Assembly (NCBI GenBank): GCA_036149055.1
Contig: JAYZQJ010000143.1
Location: forward strand, 1-64,000
Length of the DNA: 64,000 nucleotides
Reading direction: 5' to 3'
Origin: Myxococcota bacterium
Lineage (GTDB): Bacteria > Myxococcota_A > Polyangia > Polyangiales > Sandaracinaceae
Part shown: in pieces, positions 57,298-64,000 of the stretch
Position numbering within the stretch: position 1 is the first letter of the stretch
Layout: the number at the start of each line of letters is the position of its first letter
The notes under the pieces: model-generated
Told to the model about the DNA's origin: nothing
Database searches by the model: none
What the model saw: the letters and a program-made list of their open reading frames with translations, nothing else
Position numbers and translations under genes: made by a program

Positions 57298-57882
57298 ATG
57301 AAGGAGACCTGGCGAAGTCTGGTTCGCGTCGTCGGCCTGCCCCTCGCCGGTCCGGTCCTGGCGTCGCTCCTCGTGCTCCAGGCCTGCGGCGCGCCGAGGC
57401 CGAGGCCCGCGACCGCGACGCACGACGAGGCGCTCGACCTCCTCGCCACGTGGCTCGCGGTGGCCGGCTTCGGCGACGGCGCGGTGGACTACAGCTATCG
57501 CGAGCTCACCGCGGACGACCCACCCCGCGTCGTCAGCACCCGCGACACGGCGACGGCGCTCCGGATCTGCGGTGACGCCACGCTCCGCGTCGTCGACGGG
57601 GGCTACGACGTCGAGCTGTCCGTGCAGGTGATTCGAGAAGACGGTCGCCTGGCCTGGGGGCAGCGTCGCTTGACATTCCGCGGGGCGGCTGGAGAGCTCG
57701 CGATCCGCACCGACGAGCTCCGGGTCGAGGGGGAGCGCCAGCTGCCGGAGGGCCCACGACCTCGCCCCTTCCACGGCGTCCACTGCGGCGGGGGCCTCGA
57801 GACCCGCGAGACCGACTGCGTCGTCCTGAGCTTCGACGACGAGCCGCCCCGACGACTCGCGTGGCCGTCCCCCCGGCGATGA
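57298..57882 (+). CDS. Hypothetical protein, possible lipoprotein
   Basis: 194-aa ORF with a hydrophobic N-terminus ending LQAC. Confidence 0.55.
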   Translation: MKETWRSLVRVVGLPLAGPVLASLLVLQACGAPRPRPATATHDEALDLLATWLAVAGFGDGAVDYSYRELTADDPPRVVSTRDTATALRICGDATLRVVDGGYDVELSVQVIREDGRLAWGQRRLTFRGAAGELAIRTDELRVEGERQLPEGPRPRPFHGVHCGGGLETRETDCVVLSFDDEPPRRLAWPSPRR

Positions 57883-57885
57883 GTT

Positions 57886-58596
57886 TCACGCCGCGCGCCG
57901 GACCGGCGGCCCCGGGCGACGGCCCGGATCGAGGCGCCCGCCAGCGCGCCGCCAGCCGACGGCGAGGAGCCAGGTCTCGGCGCGCTCGGCCGGCGACGCG
58001 CGGGAGGGCAGCATCGTCGGCGTCGTGTGTACCGCGCGCGTCCAGCCCTCGAAGAAGTAGCCGGAGCTGAGCGGGTCCACCCAGGCGGGGTCGGCGACGG
58101 CGACCCCGTGACGGCGGGCGTTCCCGAGCACGTAGGCGATCGCGTTCCGGACGCTCCGAGGCGTGGTGAGCGCGCGGCTGTGGTAGCGGTCGGCGAAGAC
58201 GCGACCCTTGCGCCCCATCACGCGGTTGACCATGCGTGCGATGCGCACGCTCAGCCCCTGCATGCCGCGCGCGAGGAGCTCCGCGTCCTCCGCCTCGACG
58301 AGGAGATGGAGGTGATTCCGCTGGATGGAGAAGTGCACGATGCGCACCCCGCCGCGAGCGTTCGCCTTCGCGATGATCTCCCAGAGCCGCGTCGAGAGGC
58401 GCCGGCCGCGCAGGCTCCAGATGCCGCGCATGACCTTCAGCGTGACCAGCACCGGGTGCCGCGCCGCGAAGCGCTCGCGGGTGGTGTGAGGGACGCCGGC
58501 TTTCTCCCCCTTGGGCTTGCGACCGGCGCCCTTCCGCGCGCCGCCGTGGGTGAACAGGCGAAGCGTGGCTTGCTCTGTCTTGCTTTTCCTGCGCAT
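57886..58596 (-). mobile_element. RAYT/IS200-like Y1 HUH transposase
   Basis: HPVLVTLK, HFSIQRNHLHLLVEA (HUH), GRVFADRYHS and AIAYVLGN (catalytic Tyr). Confidence 0.9.
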
Positions 58597-58679
58597 GCCC
58601 GCACGGACGCAGAGACCTCGGCGCGACTGACGCAAATCGCAAGAAAAGATGCGTCTCCGTGGGCTCTCGGCGCCGGCGC

Positions 58680-59360
58680 ATCTCTGCCGATTCATCTCGC
58701 TCCCCTGTTCGGTTCGGCAGAGATCCGCTCGCGGCCAGCGCGGCGAAGTCAGCGGACCGCGGCTCGATTCCGCAGAGAAACCGCGTCTTCGAGTGCGCCG
58801 CTCGGGGGCGCAGCGAGCCGTCGGGCTGGCGGCTCGATTCGGCAGAGATCCGCTGCCGCCGCCGATCGGACGGCCGCTCCCCTCGATTCGCCGGAGGTCC
58901 GCTCCCGGCCGGCGTCGAGGGCGGGGCCCGCGAGGGATCTCTGCCGATTCATGTCGCGTCCCGCGGACCTTCGGCAACGCCCCCCGTGCCGCGAAGCCAT
59001 CGCGGCTCGATTCGGCAGAGCTCCCGGCGCCGCGAAGCCATCGGGGCGGGGGCATGGACGAGGCCGGGCCCGAGTCGGGCGCGACCGCCGGGGCCGCGGC
59101 ATCTCTGCCGATTCATGCCGTGCTCCGCTCGATTCGGCACAGCTCGGGGGATTCCAGCGCCTCGACGGCGAGGGGCGTGGGGCTCGAGCTGTGCCGATTC
59201 ATGTCCTGGCTCGCACGGCTGCGCTCGGCGGTCTGCCGCGCCGTGCGGACGCGCTCCAGGCGATCCTGTCGCGACCTCCATCGAGGGCAGCTCGCGGGAC
59301 AGTAGGTCGAGGACCCGGCTTCCGAGCATGCTCAGCGGACCCGTTCGGCAGAGATCCGCG
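58680..59360. repeat. Array of about 11 inverted ATCTCTGCCGATTC / GATTCGGCAGAGAT motifs upstream of the RAYT
   Basis: One orientation at 58680, 58937, 59101 and 59188. The opposite orientation at 58711, 58766, 58836, 58885, 59009, 59131 and 59342. Confidence 0.85.
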
Positions 59361-59365
59361 CCCTC

Positions 59366-60928
59366 TCAGTCGAAGCGGCGGAACATCGGCTCGGCTTCGG
59401 GCTCGCTCGGGGTCGGTCGGCTGCGGCCGCGGCGGGGGAGGCGCTGGAGGCCGATCTGGAGGAGCTGGCTCATCTCGGGGCGGACCTCGCGCTCGAGCGG
59501 GCGGTAGCCGTCGCGCTCCAGGCGGAGGGTCCGGGGCTCTTCGCTGCGCGGCACGGTGAGCTCGGTGGGGGTCTCGCCCAGGACCTCACCGTCGAGCGAG
59601 ACGGTGGCTCCGGCGGGGGTGGTCTCGACCCGGAGCACGACCTCCTCGGGGGGCGCGACCGGAGGCTCGGGCGGCGGCGCCTCCACGGGCGCCGGCTCGG
59701 GCTCCGGCGCTGGAGTCGACGGCGCGGCGGCGCGGACGTCGTCCTCCGCGCCCTGGAGGGCGAGGAAGCCGAGGGTGCCGGCGAAGGCGAGCGCGAACAC
59801 GGCGACGCCGAAGGCGAGCCAGCCGCGTCGACGGTGGGGCGGCGGCAGCGGGCGGGTCGCCTTGGCGGGGCCCACCGTGGGCAGCTCGACGGCGACGTCG
59901 ACCTCGGCCGAGGGGACCCGCTCGATCGCGGTGCCGCGCTGCACGGACTCGAGCAGGCGCCGCTTCTCCTCGACCCGGGTGGCGAAGAGCAGGCGCATGA
60001 GGGCGGCGAGGTTCTCGCCCGGCAGGCTGTCGCCCGAGAGCTCGCGGGTGAGCAGCGCGAGGTCTCGCCTGAGATCGGCGGCGGTCGCGTAGCGGTCCTG
60101 CGGGTCGGCCGCGAGCGCGCGCAGGCAGATCTCCTCGAGCCGCTTCGGGTAGCCCTCGATCAGGCGGGTCGGCGGGGTGACGAGGCCCTCGCGCACCGCC
60201 CGGAGCGACTCCACCGCGCTGCCGCGCTTGAAGAGCCGGCGCCCGGTCGAGAGCTCGTAGAGGACGACGCCGAGCGCGAAGACGTCGCTGCGTCGGTCGA
60301 TCGGCAGACCCTCGGCCTGCTCCGGGGACATGTACTCGAACTTGCCCTTGAGCGTGCCGGCCTCGGTCTGGGAGATGCGGTCCTTCGCCTTGGCGATGCC
60401 GAAGTCGAGCACCTTCACCGAGCCGTCGTAGGTGATGAAGAGGTTCTGGGGCGAGACGTCCCGGTGCACGAGGCTCATGCTCTCGCCGTCCGCGTCCTTC
60501 AGCTCGTGGGCCGCGTGCAGGCCCGCGCACGCCTCGGCGACGATGTGGGCGCACAGCGCGAGCTCGATCGGGCGGCCGAGGGCGCTGGCCCGCCGCATCA
60601 CGCTCGCCGCGCTCTCGCCCTGGAGGTACTCCATCACCAGGTAGAGCTCGCCGCCCTCCTGCCCGAGCTCGTGCACCTGCACGACGTTCGGGTGGTGGAT
60701 CCGGGCGGCGATGCGCGCCTCGTCCAGGAACATGCTGACGAAGGTCGGAAGCTCCGCGTACTGCGCTAGGATGCGCTTGATCACCACGGCGCGCTCGAAC
60801 CCGCTCGGGCCGAGCACCCGGCCGAGGAGGATCTCGGCCATCCCCCCGGTTGCCAGGCGGGCCAGCACTTCGTACCGTCCGATCGCGCCTGCGGGGGCGG
60901 CGTCACTGCCCGGAGCCACTGCGTTCAC
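59366..60928 (-). CDS. Membrane Ser/Thr protein kinase with C-terminal PEGA domain
   Basis: GGMAE, HRDVSPQN, DFGIA, YMSPEQ, a TM helix and VETTPAGA..GETP. Confidence 0.95.
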   Translation of the reverse strand: MNAVAPGSDAAPAGAIGRYEVLARLATGGMAEILLGRVLGPSGFERAVVIKRILAQYAELPTFVSMFLDEARIAARIHHPNVVQVHELGQEGGELYLVMEYLQGESAASVMRRASALGRPIELALCAHIVAEACAGLHAAHELKDADGESMSLVHRDVSPQNLFITYDGSVKVLDFGIAKAKDRISQTEAGTLKGKFEYMSPEQAEGLPIDRRSDVFALGVVLYELSTGRRLFKRGSAVESLRAVREGLVTPPTRLIEGYPKRLEEICLRALAADPQDRYATAADLRRDLALLTRELSGDSLPGENLAALMRLLFATRVEEKRRLLESVQRGTAIERVPSAEVDVAVELPTVGPAKATRPLPPPHRRRGWLAFGVAVFALAFAGTLGFLALQGAEDDVRAAAPSTPAPEPEPAPVEAPPPEPPVAPPEEVVLRVETTPAGATVSLDGEVLGETPTELTVPRSEEPRTLRLERDGYRPLEREVRPEMSQLLQIGLQRLPRRGRSRPTPSEPEAEPMFRRFD

Positions 60929-60929
60929 G

Positions 60930-61718
60930 ATGTCTCTCTCGCGCCCCCTTCGACGCTATCACGCCCACCTCTGGCTCACCATCGGCGCCCTCGGCCTCTG
61001 CCTCTGGGCGTCGGCGGCGCGTGCCCAGGACGAGGCCCCCAGCCGAGAGGACATGCAGCGCTCGGCGAGCCTCTTCGCCGAAGCCGAGGTCGCCTACAAC
61101 GAGGGCGAGCTGCAGCGCGCGGTGGCCCTGCTCGAGGAGGCGCACGACCTCTACCCGGAGCCGGTGCTCCTCTACAACCTCGCGCGGGCCCACGAGGCGC
61201 TCGGCGCGCTCGAGGAGGCGCTCGAGAGCTACGAGGGCTACCTCGCGGCCTCGCCCGACACCCCGGACCGCGGCGCGATCCAGCGCCGGATCGACTCGCT
61301 CCGCGTCCAGATCGCCGAGGCGGAGGCGGCCCGGAACCGTCCGCCGCCGCCCGCTCCGCCGGCCCCGGCGGCCCCCCGCTCCGATCCCGCCTCGCCGTGG
61401 ATCCTCTCCTCCGCGATCGTCTCCGCCGCCGCGGTCGCGGCGCTCGGGGTCGGCGTGGCCCTGGCGGTGCTCTCCGAGGGCCAGCTCGCGGAGGCCGAGG
61501 CGGCGGTGAACCACCGCGACGCCTTCCCCGCCCTGGAGTCCGCTCAGGACCTCGCGCTCGGCGCGAACGTCCTCTTCGTCGCCGCCGGCACCCTGGCGGC
61601 CGCCGCCGCGACCGGCTGGGTCATCGCCGCGGTCGTCGGGGGTCAGGCCGAGGATCGGGGCGACGTGGCGCTCGGGATCGGCCCGGGATCGCTCTCCCTC
61701 CGTCTGCGTTGGCGCTGA
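60930..61718 (+). CDS. Exported TPR protein
   Basis: Signal ending ARA-Q, LLYNLARAHE TPR and C-terminal hydrophobic segments; similar to 28728-29429. Confidence 0.8.
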   Translation: MSLSRPLRRYHAHLWLTIGALGLCLWASAARAQDEAPSREDMQRSASLFAEAEVAYNEGELQRAVALLEEAHDLYPEPVLLYNLARAHEALGALEEALESYEGYLAASPDTPDRGAIQRRIDSLRVQIAEAEAARNRPPPPAPPAPAAPRSDPASPWILSSAIVSAAAVAALGVGVALAVLSEGQLAEAEAAVNHRDAFPALESAQDLALGANVLFVAAGTLAAAAATGWVIAAVVGGQAEDRGDVALGIGPGSLSLRLRWR

Positions 61719-61745
61719 GCCGGTCGCTTCGGATACGATCCCCCC

Positions 61746-64000
61746 ATGGCGCGGCGCAAAGGCCGGACGAGGGCGCTGCCTCTCGCGCATCGCCTCCCCA
61801 ACCCCTCCGACCCGTTCGTGGGCCGCGAGGACGAGACGCGCCGGCTCGCCCGGGCCCTCGAGGAGGTGCCGGTCAGCGTCGTCGTGGGGCCCGGCGGCAT
61901 CGGCAAGACCGCGCTCGCCACCGCCACGCTCCGCCAGGCCGCGCCGGATCGCTTCGCCCAGGGCCTCTACCTCGGCGTCCCGCCGGACGAGCCGGTCGAG
62001 CAGATCCGCGGCCGGCTGCTCCGCCTGCTCGCCGACGCCGAGGGCTCCGAGCTCGACGTCGAGGCGCTCCGGGGCGAGCCGGAGGCCTCGATCGCGGCCG
62101 CGATCGATCTCGCCGAGGCGTCCGCCCGGCTGGTCCTGCTCGACGACGTGCACCACACCGACGTCGAGGCGATCGGCGACCTGCTCACCCGGCTGTCGAC
62201 CTACGCCCGGCGCAGCCGCTGGATCGCGACCAGCCGCACGCGCCTCCCGGCCACCGGCCCCCGCGTCGTCGAGCTCGAGGGCATGCCCGAGCGCGACCTG
62301 CTCACCCTCGCCGAGGCGCTCGCGCCCGAGCGCTCGATGGACGAGGCGCGGCGCGCGGCGCGGTCGGCGACGGGCTCGCCCTGGCTGCTCCAGCAGTTCG
62401 TGGCGATGGGGGAGACGGCGCGGGAGGTGTCGCGGGAGCAGCTGCTGGCCGAGCTGCCGGCCCGCGCGGCCGCGTTCCTGGAGAGCCTCGCCGTGCTGCG
62501 CGCGCCGCTCCCGCTCGACCGGCTCGCCACCTTCGCGCCGATCCCGGACCCGCCGACCCTGGAGCGGCTCGCGCGCCGCGGGCTGGTGCAGTCGGCGGAG
62601 GGCGGGCTCCGCCTGCACGACGTGCTGCGCGGGCTGTTCGCCCAGGGCGACGACCCGCGGCGGGACGAGGCCCGGAGGCGCGCCGCCGAGGCGCTCGCGG
62701 GGAGTGAGCACGCGACCGACGTGCTCGAGGCGGCCCGGCTCTGGGCCGAGCTGTCCGAGAAGGAGGCGCTCCACGCGCTGCTCGAGCGCCGGGCTGAGCA
62801 GCTCCTGAGCGAGGGCCTCGCGCCGCGCCTCTGGACGATCCTGGCGCATCGACCGGAGCCGTCCCTGACCCACCTCAAGCTCCGGTGCGCCGCCGAGCTG
62901 GGCAACGCCACCGCGCTGTCCGCCGTCCAGGCGCCGGTCGAGCCGGACGCGGCGGCCCGCTTCGCCTGGGCGTCCACGCTCTACGCCCAGGGCGAGGTCT
63001 ACCGCGCGCGCGCCGAGGCGGAGGCGGCCCTCGCGCGCGGCGCGACCGGGCCGTGGGTCCACGGCGCGCACCGGCTCGTCGCCCGCTGTCACGCCCACGC
63101 GCTCGAGATCGACGAGGCGCGCGCCGCGCTCGGCCGCGCGACCGGGGGGGCGGGGCTCGAGGCCTACCTCGACGCGCTGGAGGGAGACCTGGAGGCGATC
63201 GAGCGGGCGCGCGACTCGGTCGACGCGGCCGACGCGCAGGAGGCCTGGCTGGATCTCTCGGCGGCCTACGAGGCGGCGGGCCGCGCCGACGCCGCCGACG
63301 AGCTGCTCGACCGCGTCCTCGCCACCCCGCGCGGCGGTCGGGCGGATCACTTCGTCGCCCGGCGGGCGCTGGTGCTCCGGGCGCGGCTGCGGCTCGAGGC
63401 GGGCGAGCTGATCGACGTGGCCGAGATCGTCGACACGGTGCGCCCCTTCTCGCGCGCGCCGTCGCTGCTCCGGGCGTTCGTGCTCGAGCTGGACGCGGCC
63501 CGCGCGATCGCCGAGGGCGAGCTCGAGGGGATCGACGCGCGCCTGGAGGCGGCCGCGCGGGAGGCGTTCCCGGTCGACGCCCGCTGTCACGCGCGGGTCA
63601 AGCGGCTCGCCTGGGAGCTCGCCCGGGAGCGCGCCCGGGAGGCGGCGGCGCCGTCCGGAGTGGGGCCCTCGCCGGAGGCGCGGGAGCTCGCCGCCCGGCG
63701 CGGAGAGGAGATCGACGGCGGCGTGCCGCGGGAGCGCGTGGTCGCCGGCGTGGCCGCGGCGGAGCGGGCGCTCGCGGCGGGGCAGGCCGGCGTCGCCCTC
63801 GAGCAGGTCGACGGCGCGGTGCGCGAGGCCACCGTCGCCGGGCAGCGCCTCCTCGCGGCCCGGGCGATGGCGCTCGCCTGTGACGCGGCCGCGCTCGCGG
63901 GGCTCTGGTCCGAGCTGCCCGAGCGCGCGGGCGCCCTGGCCGAGCTGGCCGAGTGGATGTCCTCCGAGCGCTGGCGCGCGCCCGCCGAGCTGATCCTCGG
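61746..64000 (+). CDS. STAND-like P-loop NTPase with helical/TPR region (partial; runs off the window)
   Basis: ATG at 61746; FVGRE, Walker A GPGGIGKT, Walker B LVLLDDVH, ATSR, GSPW and LHD. I saw no stop before the window end, which would explain its absence from the ORF track. Confidence 0.85.
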   Translation, partial: MARRKGRTRALPLAHRLPNPSDPFVGREDETRRLARALEEVPVSVVVGPGGIGKTALATATLRQAAPDRFAQGLYLGVPPDEPVEQIRGRLLRLLADAEGSELDVEALRGEPEASIAAAIDLAEASARLVLLDDVHHTDVEAIGDLLTRLSTYARRSRWIATSRTRLPATGPRVVELEGMPERDLLTLAEALAPERSMDEARRAARSATGSPWLLQQFVAMGETAREVSREQLLAELPARAAAFLESLAVLRAPLPLDRLATFAPIPDPPTLERLARRGLVQSAEGGLRLHDVLRGLFAQGDDPRRDEARRRAAEALAGSEHATDVLEAARLWAELSEKEALHALLERRAEQLLSEGLAPRLWTILAHRPEPSLTHLKLRCAAELGNATALSAVQAPVEPDAAARFAWASTLYAQGEVYRARAEAEAALARGATGPWVHGAHRLVARCHAHALEIDEARAALGRATGGAGLEAYLDALEGDLEAIERARDSVDAADAQEAWLDLSAAYEAAGRADAADELLDRVLATPRGGRADHFVARRALVLRARLRLEAGELIDVAEIVDTVRPFSRAPSLLRAFVLELDAARAIAEGELEGIDARLEAAAREAFPVDARCHARVKRLAWELARERAREAAAPSGVGPSPEARELAARRGEEIDGGVPRERVVAGVAAAERALAAGQAGVALEQVDGAVREATVAGQRLLAARAMALACDAAALAGLWSELPERAGALAELAEWMSSERWRAPAELIL

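Overview
A very GC-rich window whose gene content points to a myxobacterium (Polyangiales/Sandaracinaceae-like): MYXO-CTERM proteins, Myxococcales Cys-rich repeats, and PEGA/TPR/Ser-Thr kinase modules. From left to right it holds: the 3' end of a group II intron (1-124); a TDP2-like phosphodiesterase; a MarR-protoglobin-redoxin unit with a visible operator; a small AT-richer patch with a tRNA-Ala 3' fragment; a TraA/TraB-like adhesin plus OmpA pair; an ECF42 locus with a matching promoter; a tightly coupled six-gene biosynthetic-looking operon (MDR dehydrogenase, AsnB, SAM methyltransferase, Fe/2OG-type oxygenase, A-T-R NRPS-like enzyme, NadR-like NMNAT/kinase); a MoxR/DUF58/vWA operon; a BLUF protein; a hybrid histidine kinase; a RAYT-type HUH transposase with its own inverted-repeat array; and a truncated STAND NTPase. 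At least four families of short palindromic repeats occur. One copy lies in-frame inside the NRPS A domain, and one array forms an ORF coupled at both ends inside the MoxR operon. The best candidates for something undescribed are the NadR-terminated NRPS-like operon and the repeat/RAYT system. All calls come from motif recognition by eye; no database searches were run.
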